The notes under the pieces were generated by a model. That model saw nothing but the letters and a program-made list of their open reading frames with translations, had not been told where the DNA came from and did not search any database. Of a DNA stretch of 45,146 nucleotides, positions 32,214 to 39,747 are shown one piece after another. The stretch spans positions 1-45,146 of the IMG/VR virus record IMGVR_UViG_3300037760_000304; one strand, given 5' to 3'. The stretch comes from a virus. Positions within the stretch are counted from its first letter, which is position 1, and each line of letters starts with the position of its first letter. The translations under genes and the position numbers were made by a program.

Positions 32214-33419
32214 ATGCAGGTTCCGAAGGGATTGGAGCTCGAGCGCGCGTGCTCGAAGGGCCCGAGCCGCTACGGCGCGCTCGACTCGATCAGTGTCGAG
32301 CAGGAGGGGACTGGGCACGTGGCCGTGGCAACCGATGGGAAGGTTCTGGCGGTGGTGCCGGTCAACCTCGAGGAGGGTGACGAGCCGGGCCTGATCCCGG
32401 CGCGTGCATGGGCGGATGCGCGGCGCGCGTCGAGGGATGGGGGGCGCCTGTCGCCGAACGGGCTCGTGCGCTGGGCCGTGAAGGGCGGCGCCGTGGCGAG
32501 CGCGGAGCGGCCGTCCGGTGACTTCCCGAAGTGGCGGGCCGTGCTGCCGCCCGCGGATGCGAAGGCGCCCGTCCTGGCCTTCAACGCGGAGTACCTGGCG
32601 GACCTGGCGCGGGCGCTCGGGAGCGACTCGGGCTCCGTGCGGCTGGAGCTCCCGGTGGACGAGGAGGGCCGGCTCCGCACTCTCGCTCCCTTCCGCGTCG
32701 TCGCGGGGTGCGGCTTCGGCGCCATCATGCCCGTCACCCTCGACTCGGACGGCGGGAAGGGGCCCGTCGTGCGCGCTGGCGCAGCGGAGCCGCTCGGGGC
32801 GCCTTCCGGGCCCTCGGCCGATGCTCTGCTCGTCGCCGAGCTCCGGGGCGATCTGGCGGAGCTCCGCGGCGCGATGGACGAGTGCGAGCGCAAGCTCACG
32901 GCCGCGGCCGGTGCTCGTGACCTAGCGCTGGACACTGCGCGCGAGCTCCGCATCCGGCTCGAGACGGCCGAGCGCGAGCGGGATGCCGCCGTGTTCGCGC
33001 GGAGCGCGGCGGTTGCCGAGCTCGAGGGATCCGCTCCGCTCCCGGAGCTCCCGCCCGACGCGCAGGAGCTCGAGGGCCCGACCGTCCGGGCCGGCAAGGC
33101 GCCCGGTTACGTCGAGGTGCTCTTCCCGGAGAAGCCCGGATACCTCGTGCGCGCTGACCTGAAGGCCGCGGGCTTCCGCTGGTCGAAGGCCGACGGGCTC
33201 TGGTGGGGGCGGGAGGACCGGCTCCCCTCGCGGCTCGGTGTGCGGGCGAGCGTGGAGCCCGTCACGGTCGCCGAGGTCGAGCTCGAGGACGCGCGGGCGC
33301 AGCACGAGCCGGCTCCGAAGGCGCGGCCGCGCGTCAAGGCGCCGAGTCGCGAGCACGGCGCCGCGCCGAGCCGCAAGCGCGCGAGCGCTCCGGCTCCCGG
33401 CGGGTCCATCGCGTTCTAG
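32214..33419 (+). CDS. Beta-sliding-clamp-like (DnaN-fold) N-terminal region fused to a coiled coil and a small C-terminal domain (401 aa)
   Basis: VATDGKVLAVVP, GDFPKWRAVLPP, FNAEYLADLARAL and GAIMPVTLD parallel DnaN ATDGHRLA, GRFPDYRRVLP, FNVSYVLDVLNAL and YVVMPMRL. Only about 200 aa are clamp-like. The C-terminus reads YVEVLFPEKPGYLVRADLKAAGFRWSKADGLWWG. Confidence 0.65.
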   Translation: MQVPKGLELERACSKGPSRYGALDSISVEQEGTGHVAVATDGKVLAVVPVNLEEGDEPGLIPARAWADARRASRDGGRLSPNGLVRWAVKGGAVASAERPSGDFPKWRAVLPPADAKAPVLAFNAEYLADLARALGSDSGSVRLELPVDEEGRLRTLAPFRVVAGCGFGAIMPVTLDSDGGKGPVVRAGAAEPLGAPSGPSADALLVAELRGDLAELRGAMDECERKLTAAAGARDLALDTARELRIRLETAERERDAAVFARSAAVAELEGSAPLPELPPDAQELEGPTVRAGKAPGYVEVLFPEKPGYLVRADLKAAGFRWSKADGLWWGREDRLPSRLGVRASVEPVTVAEVELEDARAQHEPAPKARPRVKAPSREHGAAPSRKRASAPAPGGSIAF

Positions 33420-33429
33420 GCGTCGAAAC

Positions 33430-33507
33430 GGCCGGGGGCCCGCGCTCCCGGCCCGTAGACGGGTCGCTCCCGTCCTGAAGATGACTCCGCGCGGCTCGCT
33501 CCCGCGC
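33430..33507 (+). terminator. Three consecutive GC hairpins in the 33420-33530 gap
   Basis: GGCCGGG/CCCGGCC at 33430-33453, GACGGG/CCCGTC at 33458-33474, GCGCGG/CCGCGC at 33489-33507. Confidence 0.4.
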
Positions 33508-33509
33508 AT

Positions 33510-33525
33510 GACCTTGCAACGGAGA
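33510..33525 (+). promoter_or_regulatory. Copy 3 of conserved motif (GACCTTGCAACGGAGA), upstream of ATG 33531
   Basis: Read from sequence. Confidence 0.55.
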
Positions 33526-33530
33526 TTCCA

Positions 33531-34697
33531 ATGGTGAGTGTGAACCTGACTCAGGCTCACGACCAGTGGGCGAACCGCCCGGCTGACGAGCGATTCTGGA
33601 CCGTGGCCGAGATGCGCGGCGCGTGCCTGAAGCGCGCGACCGCAACGGCGCTCGCGAGCGTGAACCCGCGCGAGCTCGAGGGGCGCTCCGATGGCGCCGA
33701 GCCTTTCCTGGTCGGGCCGACGGGCACGGCCGCGCGCTTCACCTTCTCGGGCTTCGGCTCGCTCGCCGCGCTCGCCGGGGCGCCGGCGAACTACTTGCGC
33801 TCGCTCCCGGCCGAGCTCGCCGCGGATGCGCTGACCTACGGGCTGCGCAACGGGCCCGGCTGCGCGCGCTCCCTCATGCTGACGCGGCGCGAGGAGGGCG
33901 GGCTGCTCGAGCTCCGCGGCGCGACGAGCGAGCGCTACGCGCGGGTCTGGGACTTCGAGGTGTGCGAGGCCCTCGAGCGGCTCGCCGCGCTCGGATGGGT
34001 CGCTCCGCCGGCGCGCGTGCCGCACGGGTACAAGGGTGAGACGCGCACGGCCGGCGCCGGCGACGTCATCGCTCTCGGCTCCGGGGGCGGCGCGGCCGTG
34101 CGGGTCGGTGACGAGATCGCGCCCGCGGGGCTCTACTCCTCGGATGCGGAGATGTTCGCCTTCCTGGTCCAGCCCGAGGCCCGGATCGAGCTCGGCACTG
34201 GCAACTCGCTCGCGCGCGGCGTGTTCGTGCGCAACTCGGAGACCGGCGGGGGCGCGCTCGAGCTCTGCTCGTTCCTGCTCGAGGGGGTGTGTGGCAACCA
34301 TATCGTCTGGGGCGCGAGCGAGGTGCAGACGCTCCGGGTCGCGCACGTCGGGGACGTCCGGGCGACCTTCGACGCGGCCGGCGCCGAGCTCGAGCGCTAC
34401 GCGGAGTCGAGCACGCGAGACGAGCTCGAGGCGATCGGGCGCGCGCGGCGCTACCGGCTCGCCGAGTCCGCGGATGACCTGGTGACGCGCTTGCACGGCG
34501 CGCGGCTGCTCCCGCAACGCACGGCGCGCGAAGCGTTCGGGCTGGCCGAGCAGCACGACCAGTGGGGCGGCGACCCGCTGACCGCCTGGGGCTTCGTGCA
34601 CGGGCTCACGCGGCTGTCGCAACGCGAGCAGCACGCCGACGCGCGGCTCGGGCTGGATCGCGTCGGGGGCCGCATCCTGGAGCTCGTGCCGCGATGA
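33531..34697 (+). CDS. DUF932-like (phage/plasmid-like protein, TIGR03299-type), 388 aa
   Basis: Size and segments such as YSSDAEMFAFLV and GVFVRNSETGGGALELCSFLLEGVCGNHIVWG resemble DUF932 as I remember it. Not verified by search. Confidence 0.6.
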   Translation: MVSVNLTQAHDQWANRPADERFWTVAEMRGACLKRATATALASVNPRELEGRSDGAEPFLVGPTGTAARFTFSGFGSLAALAGAPANYLRSLPAELAADALTYGLRNGPGCARSLMLTRREEGGLLELRGATSERYARVWDFEVCEALERLAALGWVAPPARVPHGYKGETRTAGAGDVIALGSGGGAAVRVGDEIAPAGLYSSDAEMFAFLVQPEARIELGTGNSLARGVFVRNSETGGGALELCSFLLEGVCGNHIVWGASEVQTLRVAHVGDVRATFDAAGAELERYAESSTRDELEAIGRARRYRLAESADDLVTRLHGARLLPQRTAREAFGLAEQHDQWGGDPLTAWGFVHGLTRLSQREQHADARLGLDRVGGRILELVPR

Positions 34698-34903
34698 GCG
34701 CTCACCGGATCACCCTCTCGGTGCTCGGCTGGATCCACGGGAGCCGCACGCCCCGACCCTTCCGGCTGGACGGCAGGGGGCGCGGGCTCGACCTGGCGCG
34801 CGCTGAAGCGCTGAAGCTCCCGCCGCGCCAGTGGTCGAGCGAGGCCCGGCTCGTGCGCGCGGCCCTGCTCGCCCGGGCGAAGCGCGAAGGCGCGCGGCGC
34901 TGA
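34694..34903 (+). CDS. Hypothetical basic protein (69 aa)
   Basis: ATGA overlap with the upstream stop. In-frame part of track ORF 34562..34903. Confidence 0.4.
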   Translation: MSAHRITLSVLGWIHGSRTPRPFRLDGRGRGLDLARAEALKLPPRQWSSEARLVRAALLARAKREGARR

Positions 34904-34910
34904 ACGGAAC

Positions 34911-34936
34911 GCGCGGGGGCCCTGCGGCTCCCGCGC
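34911..34936 (+). terminator. GC hairpin (GCGCGGG/CCCGCGC, 12-nt loop); a second hairpin at 34979-34997
   Basis: Read from sequence in the 34904-35032 gap. Confidence 0.35.
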
Positions 34937-35007
34937 ATGGCGCGCACTCACCCGAGCCTGCACGCGGCGCGCGCTGCACTCCCGCACGGGGCGGGAGACC
35001 GATCGGG

Positions 35008-35024
35008 GACCTTGCAACGGAGGA
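35008..35024 (+). promoter_or_regulatory. Copy 4 of conserved motif (GACCTTGCAACGGAGGA), upstream of ATG 35033
   Basis: Read from sequence. Confidence 0.55.
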
Positions 35025-35032
35025 TCGGAGCG

Positions 35033-35209
35033 ATGGAAGAGAAGCATGTTCAAGCCGGGCGCGGTTGCGCCTGCGGCGCCGTGCGCGCGGCGCTCGAGGC
35101 CCTGCTCGACTGGTGCCGCGAGCACACGGGGCCGACGCAACCCGACTCGCCGCACGCGCTGCTCGTCGCGGCGCACGAAGCGCTCGCGAGCGCGGAGCTC
35201 CGCTCATGA
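35033..35209 (+). CDS. Hypothetical protein (58 aa) immediately upstream of the integrase (excisionase position)
   Basis: In-frame ATG of track ORF 34937..35209, preceded by the motif and SD. ATGA overlap with the integrase start. Confidence 0.45.
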   Translation: MEEKHVQAGRGCACGAVRAALEALLDWCREHTGPTQPDSPHALLVAAHEALASAELRS

Positions 35210-36054
35210 CCTCCTCGAAGTCCGCGCCGCTCACCCTGGCCGAGCTCGTGGAGCTCACCTATCGCACGCGCTGGGCTGGTCAGGCGAGCGAGGAGACGAG
35301 CATGGGGAACGCGCGCGCCGTGGCCGAGCTGCTCGGGCCCGATCGCCGGGCCGACCGGCTCACGCAAGCGCACCTGGACCGGCTCGTGTCGAAGCTCGCG
35401 GCGCAGCACGCTCCGGCGACGGTCGCGCGCAAGCTCGCCGCGCTCTCGGCCATGCTCGCCACGGCGCGCGCTCACGGCGCCCAGGTCGGGCCCCTACGGC
35501 TTGCACCGCCTCGGGTGCGCAACGGGCGCCACCGCGTACTGACCGACGATGAGGAGGAGGCGCTGCTCGGCGCGCTGGCCGAACGCGAGGACGCGCCGGG
35601 CCGCACGGCCTGCCGGCTCGTCATGTTCCTGCTCGCCACCGGCGCGCGGGCCGGCGAGGCGCTGGGGCTTGCACCTTCTCGGGTCGAGCGCGAGCTCGGC
35701 GCGGTCTACGTCACCTTCGAGGCGACGAAGAACAACACGAGCCGGCGCCTGCCGCTCCCATCGTCGTACTGGTCGGCGCTCGAGATGGATGAGGCTGGAG
35801 AGCGGGTCTTCCCGATCACCTACATGAGTTTCATTCGCATCTTTGCCGCGGCTCGGGTCGCGGCGGGGATCAGTGACGACGTGACGCCCCACGTTCTGCG
35901 GCACACCTGCCTCACGCGCTTGATTCGGGCGGGTATGGACCCGATGAAGGTCATGCGCTGGGCGGGGCACAAGAACATCAAGACGACACAGGGGTACGTG
36001 CACCTCTGCGGGGCCGATCTGCTCGACCTCGCAGAGGCGCTCGATAAGGGCTAG
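35206..36054 (+). CDS. int: Tyrosine integrase/recombinase, short XerC/D-like form (282 aa)
   Basis: ATGARAGEAL (Arg), HVLRHTCLTRL (H-x-x-R) and GHKNIKTTQGYVH (His...Tyr). An N-terminal SAM-like core-binding region is present but there is no arm-binding domain. The track ORF's upstream extension is rejected. Confidence 0.9.
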   Translation: MTSSKSAPLTLAELVELTYRTRWAGQASEETSMGNARAVAELLGPDRRADRLTQAHLDRLVSKLAAQHAPATVARKLAALSAMLATARAHGAQVGPLRLAPPRVRNGRHRVLTDDEEEALLGALAEREDAPGRTACRLVMFLLATGARAGEALGLAPSRVERELGAVYVTFEATKNNTSRRLPLPSSYWSALEMDEAGERVFPITYMSFIRIFAAARVAAGISDDVTPHVLRHTCLTRLIRAGMDPMKVMRWAGHKNIKTTQGYVHLCGADLLDLAEALDKG

Positions 36055-36356
36055 GAGCCGTCCCGCGTGCGCGCTGTCCCGGCCGTCTCTTCGGTCGGGA
36101 TCCCCTCGTCCTGGGTCTCCCACAGGTGGAAGCAGTACGGGTGCGCGTTGACGTACTCGGCGCGGGGCGGCAGCAGCATCGCCATGCGCAGCGCGTCGGG
36201 CAGCAAGTCGTAGCGCGCGTCGGCGATCTCGTCCCATGTCGGATATCGCGTGGGCGTCGAGATCGACAGGTGCCACCGGCCTTCTTCCTGCGCGAGCAGG
36301 ACGGTGAGCGGGCCGCGCTTGAACTGCTGCGCGGAACCGCCGCAGACGAGCGGCAT
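36051..36356 (-). CDS. Hypothetical protein (101 aa; GRWHLSIS...PTWDEI...CFHLWE)
   Basis: In-frame ATG 36356 of track ORF 36051..36476. The upstream part is Arg-rich shadow. Confidence 0.5.
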   Translation of the reverse strand: MPLVCGGSAQQFKRGPLTVLLAQEEGRWHLSISTPTRYPTWDEIADARYDLLPDALRMAMLLPPRAEYVNAHPYCFHLWETQDEGIPTEETAGTARTRDGS

Positions 36357-36385
36357 TCGCCCGCATGGCGTCCAGTTGATCGCGC

Positions 36386-37351
36386 TCAAGTCTCCTCCCC
36401 GCGCGGCTCCCGGCCGATCAGTTGCCCGATGTCGTCGAAGGCGAGCACGAGGATCTCGTCGATGTCGGAGCGGCACCAGACCTCGGGCACGGTCACGGCC
36501 TCGAGCTCGGCGAGGAACGCCGCGACCTTCTCGCGGTCGGGCGCGCGGTCGGCCTCGAGCTTGGCCTGCTCGCGCGCCTGCCGCTTCTGGTACTCGGCCT
36601 GCGCTTCGCGCTTGGCCTTCGCTTCCTCGTCGCGCGCACGGTTCGCCTCGGCCATCGCGGCAGCCTCGGCCTCGGCACGCTGAGCGTCCTCGCGCTCCTT
36701 CACGGCCCTCTCGCGCGCAGCGACAGCCTCACGCTCCTGGGCCACGCGCTGCTGCTCGGCGCGGTTCGCGGCCTCCTGCTCGGCCCACACTGCGGCGAGC
36801 CGCGCCTTCTCGGCTTCGATCGCGGCCTGCTCTGCCGCCTTGAGCTCCGCCTCTTCGGCCGCCTTGGCGGCCCGCGCCTCGGCCGCGGCTTGGCACTCCC
36901 GAAGGAGATCCTCGAAGTTCGCGTCGCTCATCTTCTCGACGGCGCGCACGTCGATCATCGTGGGGTTCGTGGCCTCCAGCGCATCGAGCCGCACGCGCAG
37001 CGCCTCGGCGGCCTGCGCCGCCTTGTGCTCCTCGACCTTGCGCTCCTCGGCGGCGAGATGCTCCTCGATGGGCTCCATGAGCGCCGTGATTCGCTTCGCC
37101 TCGCCGTCGACCACCTTGCCCCAGCGCAGCGCGTCCTCCTTCAGCCGCTTGCGCGTCTTCTCCACCTCGACGCGCGCGCTCTTGACGGTCATCCGCGCCT
37201 CGTGCACGACGGCGAGTTGAGCCCGGCTCTCGACGTCGGTGACGGCGAGGGCCATGAACTGCTCGCGCCACACTGCGATCTGCTGCTCGGGGGCGACGAG
37301 TCGGTACTCCTCGTTGGCCCGAACCAGGTCCGTCTTGGTCTCCGGGCTCAT
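36386..37351 (-). CDS. Coiled-coil protein (321 aa), Ala/Glu/Lys/Arg-rich
   Basis: In-frame ATG 37351 with an ATGA overlap on the DnaC-like stop. Long heptad-like AEEAELKAAEQAAIEAEKARL tracts. Confidence 0.65.
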   Translation of the reverse strand: MSPETKTDLVRANEEYRLVAPEQQIAVWREQFMALAVTDVESRAQLAVVHEARMTVKSARVEVEKTRKRLKEDALRWGKVVDGEAKRITALMEPIEEHLAAEERKVEEHKAAQAAEALRVRLDALEATNPTMIDVRAVEKMSDANFEDLLRECQAAAEARAAKAAEEAELKAAEQAAIEAEKARLAAVWAEQEAANRAEQQRVAQEREAVAARERAVKEREDAQRAEAEAAAMAEANRARDEEAKAKREAQAEYQKRQAREQAKLEADRAPDREKVAAFLAELEAVTVPEVWCRSDIDEILVLAFDDIGQLIGREPRGEET

Positions 37352-38190
37352 CGGTAGCCCTCCCAGGCGCACTCGAAGAACGCTCCGGTCTCGTTCACGC
37401 GCGAGGCGACGGACGAGCCGATCACGCGCTCGAGCTCGGCCATGCCCTGCACCGAGGTCACGAGGATCGTGCGGCGCATCCAGCCGTAGCGGCGGTCGAC
37501 CACGCGCGTCAGGCGTTCGGTCGCGAACTCGGTGCCGGGGTCCTGCACCTCGTCGAGCACCACGACGTCGGGCGCGTACAGCCCGGCGATGGCGCCCTTC
37601 CCGCCCTCCTCGCGGAACACTCCGCGTTCGAGGTCGACGATCTCGGGCCACGAGGCGTAGATCGCCTTCGGCCGCTCGGGCAGGTCGGCGGTGACGAGGA
37701 CGTGGCCGGCGAGGAAGGTCGCGAGCTGGGTCTTGCCCCGACCGCGCGGGCCGTAGAGCACGACCGTCGAGCCGGGGCGCATCGCCGCGTCGCACAGGCC
37801 GGCGAAGCGGTCGGGCCGGATGCGGGCGAAGAACTGCGCCCCGCCCTCCCGGGTGAGGATCGCCTGCCGGGTCTGCCCGTCGCCGAGCAGCAGGGCGTCG
37901 CGGTGGCGCGGCCAGAAGCCGCCGGCCCGCCAGGCTTCGAGGCGTGCCGTGAGCTCCCGCTGGGCCTGCCGGGCTCCCAGGGCCTCGAGATGGGCCTTCG
38001 CTTCTAAGGCCCCTGGGAGCGCGTCTGCCGAGACTTCGCCATCGGACGACTCGGAGGGCGTCTCGGGCTCCGATCGTGCAGCGGCGGCGGCGGGAGGGCC
38101 GTCGTCGTGGTCAGATCTGCTTGAGGACTCTGGGAGGTTCGGATCCTGAGTGTCGGGAAGGAGGTCTCTGAGGGGGCGCGGTCCGGTCAT
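37348..38190 (-). CDS. DnaC/IstB-like AAA+ ATPase (helicase-loader type)
   Basis: Walker A VVLYGPRGRGKT and Walker B VVVLDEV. N-terminal start uncertain, with an 80-nt overlap on the upstream gene. Confidence 0.75.
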   Translation of the reverse strand: MTGPRPLRDLLPDTQDPNLPESSSRSDHDDGPPAAAAARSEPETPSESSDGEVSADALPGALEAKAHLEALGARQAQRELTARLEAWRAGGFWPRHRDALLLGDGQTRQAILTREGGAQFFARIRPDRFAGLCDAAMRPGSTVVLYGPRGRGKTQLATFLAGHVLVTADLPERPKAIYASWPEIVDLERGVFREEGGKGAIAGLYAPDVVVLDEVQDPGTEFATERLTRVVDRRYGWMRRTILVTSVQGMAELERVIGSSVASRVNETGAFFECAWEGYR

Positions 38191-38965
38191 GGGTTCTCCC
38201 GTGGGTTGGGGGCAGGACGAGCTTGGCGTAGCTCCCGGCGAGGGAGTTCGAGACGGCCGCCTCGAGCTCGTCGGGGGTCCAGGCGGCGACTTCGGTGAGC
38301 GCCGCGATGGCGCTCTCGTTCGAGTAGGGGCGCGAGAGGGTCGCGCGGAGGTGGTTCTCCCACAGCTCGAGCTGCGCGGCCTTGCGGCCTTCGAGGAGCT
38401 GCGGGAAGCGAGCGACCTTCTGCGAGTGCCAGGCCTTCAGCAGGTTCCGGGATCTCGGGAGGTGGTCTTCCTCCCCCGCCGGCTCGGCCGGCTCACCGGC
38501 GGCGAAGCCGCTGCCTGCGACCTGGCCGGAGGGTAGGGGGGCTACGGGGGGTTGCAGGGTCTCTGGTTCTGGTTCTGGTTCTGGAGGTGGAGAGGATTGC
38601 CGCTGGAGTCCATTTGGAGGTCCATTTGGATTGCGCTTGGACTCCCATCGGACCGCATTGGCAGCGACGGCGCGGCCCGACTGCCCGAGTGCCTCGGCCC
38701 GCTCCAGCTCGAGCCGCTTCTGGATCCAGCCGGCGGGCGTCTCGGTCCAACACGGGCGGATGTCGCTCGCCCACAGCGCCGGGTCCCAGCCGAGGCCCCG
38801 GATCACGCGCTCCGGGTCGACGATCGGGCCGACCTGCCACGAGTGGTCAAGGAGCTCGCGGTACGCGCCGCGGGCGGCGGGCGGCATCGTCCGCACGAGT
38901 GGGTCGCCGTGGAAGTCCTCGGGGTACCACGCGAACCAGTGGAGCCGACCCTTGCGGCGTGCCAC
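38111..38965 (-). CDS. Replication initiator/organiser with DUF1376-like N-terminal domain (284 aa)
   Basis: LHWFAWYPEDFHGDPLVRTMPPAARGAYRELLDHSW resembles the DUF1376 signature. PEPEPEPE linker. GTG start abuts the stop of the XRE gene. Confidence 0.65.
   Translation of the reverse strand: MARRKGRLHWFAWYPEDFHGDPLVRTMPPAARGAYRELLDHSWQVGPIVDPERVIRGLGWDPALWASDIRPCWTETPAGWIQKRLELERAEALGQSGRAVAANAVRWESKRNPNGPPNGLQRQSSPPPEPEPEPETLQPPVAPLPSGQVAGSGFAAGEPAEPAGEEDHLPRSRNLLKAWHSQKVARFPQLLEGRKAAQLELWENHLRATLSRPYSNESAIAALTEVAAWTPDELEAAVSNSLAGSYAKLVLPPTHGRTHDRTAPPQRPPSRHSGSEPPRVLKQI
38562..38585. repeat. Tandem hexamer TCTGGT x4 (last copy imperfect), encoding the PEPEPE linker on the minus strand
   Basis: Read from sequence. 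Confidence 0.8.
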
Positions 38966-39211
38966 CTACCTGAGCTCCAGCAGGTCCCGGGGGTCCACGT
39001 CGAGGGCGAGGCAGAGCTCGCGGACGCGCCGGAGGGCCCCGGCCTGTCGGCCCCGCTCCATGTTGCACACGCTCTGGCGGCTCATTCGCAGCCGCTCGGC
39101 GAGCTCCTCCTGGCTGATCCCGGCCGCGACCCGGGCCCGGGCGAGTTGGTAGCCGAGCCGTGTTTCCAGGGCCCGACCCTTGCGGGCCAGCGTCGAGATG
39201 GGCTTCACCAT
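38966..39211 (-). CDS. XRE-family HTH transcriptional regulator (81 aa)
   Basis: LGYQLARARVAAGISQEELAERLRMSRQSVCNMERG. ATG 39211 is preferred over 39265 because the 18 extra codons use AT-ending codons (TTT TAT CTT CGT GCT GCA GAT CCT) atypical of this genome. Confidence 0.8.
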   Translation of the reverse strand: MVKPISTLARKGRALETRLGYQLARARVAAGISQEELAERLRMSRQSVCNMERGRQAGALRRVRELCLALDVDPRDLLELR

Positions 39212-39212
39212 G

Positions 39213-39230
39213 CGGGAAGGATCCTTCCCG
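39213..39230. promoter_or_regulatory. Perfect 18-bp palindrome CGGGAAGGATCCTTCCCG, 2 nt upstream of the XRE start
   Basis: Read from sequence. It covers the only SD-like element (AAGGA) of the XRE gene. Confidence 0.6.
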
Positions 39231-39240
39231 ATTGCAGCAC

Positions 39241-39263
39241 GGTCAAGATAAAACTCCTTGACC
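39241..39263. promoter_or_regulatory. Inverted repeat GGTCAAG-N9-CTTGACC (AT-rich spacer)
   Basis: Read from sequence. The right arm coincides with the -35-like TTGACC. Confidence 0.55.
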
Positions 39264-39286
39264 ATTGCGCTTCGCCTCGCTCTACT
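39258..39286 (+). promoter_or_regulatory. Sigma-70-like promoter candidate TTGACC-N17-TCTACT for the rightward operon
   Basis: -35 matches TTGACA at 5 of 6 positions; spacer is 17 nt; -10 matches TATAAT at 4 of 6. Host sigma specificity is unknown. Confidence 0.35.
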
Positions 39287-39372
39287 CCCGTTCCCAGTGG
39301 CGCTCCCAAGGTCACGGGGCTCGCGCTGGAGCGCCGCCGCCGACTCCCTCCATGCGGCGCGAGCCCCACCCC

Positions 39373-39747
39373 ATGAAGCCCGAAGAGTTCCAACCTCCCC
39401 CGCCGCGGCTGCCGACCAGACTGCGGACCTTCAAGAAGATCGACCGCTCGCATAGGGTCTTCACGCGGCGCTATCCGGGCCTCAAGGAAAACGAGGACAA
39501 CGGCTCCGAGCTCGCACGCCGCTTAGGTGTGCGCGCCATCGTGATTCGCAAGCAACCGCACGACCGCTTCAGCCGCATCTACGTCGCTGCGGACGACGGA
39601 ACGCTAACGCCGCTTCAAGGTCTTCCCGAGGGCCTGTTAGAACGCACACGCTGGCATCATTGCGCGCACGTCATGGTGGGAATGCTTCACCTCGCGCGGA
39701 TGCTCGGCATGGAGAATGGACGAGTCAACGCAGGAGCAGACCTTTGA
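39373..39747 (+). CDS. Hypothetical protein, first gene of the rightward operon (124 aa; alternative start 39352), possible HTH (GSELARRLGVRAI)
   Basis: In-frame ATGs of track ORF 39265..39747. GC is lower than the genome norm. No clear SD. Confidence 0.45.
   Translation: MKPEEFQPPPPRLPTRLRTFKKIDRSHRVFTRRYPGLKENEDNGSELARRLGVRAIVIRKQPHDRFSRIYVAADDGTLTPLQGLPEGLLERTRWHHCAHVMVGMLHLARMLGMENGRVNAGADL

Noticed and set aside
31749-35024. Reading the TTGCA core of the conserved motif as a sigma-54 -12 element.
   Set aside because: No GG dinucleotide sits at the required 10-nt spacing upstream of the GC in any copy. A sigma-54 start site would also fall downstream of the Shine-Dalgarno sequence.
34831-35205. 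N-terminal 125-codon extension of the integrase ORF (track ORF 34831..36054).
   Set aside because: The extension is Arg/Ala/Gly-rich and overlaps the motif-preceded 35033..35209 gene. ATG 35206 forms an ATGA junction with that gene and yields a normal-length XerC/D-like recombinase.
39212-39265. The longer XRE start at ATG 39265.
   Set aside because: The 18 extra codons use TTT, TAT, CTT, CGT, GCT, GCA, GAT and CCT, unlike the strong G/C-ending codon bias elsewhere. They also contain the palindrome and inverted repeat, which are better explained as regulatory DNA.
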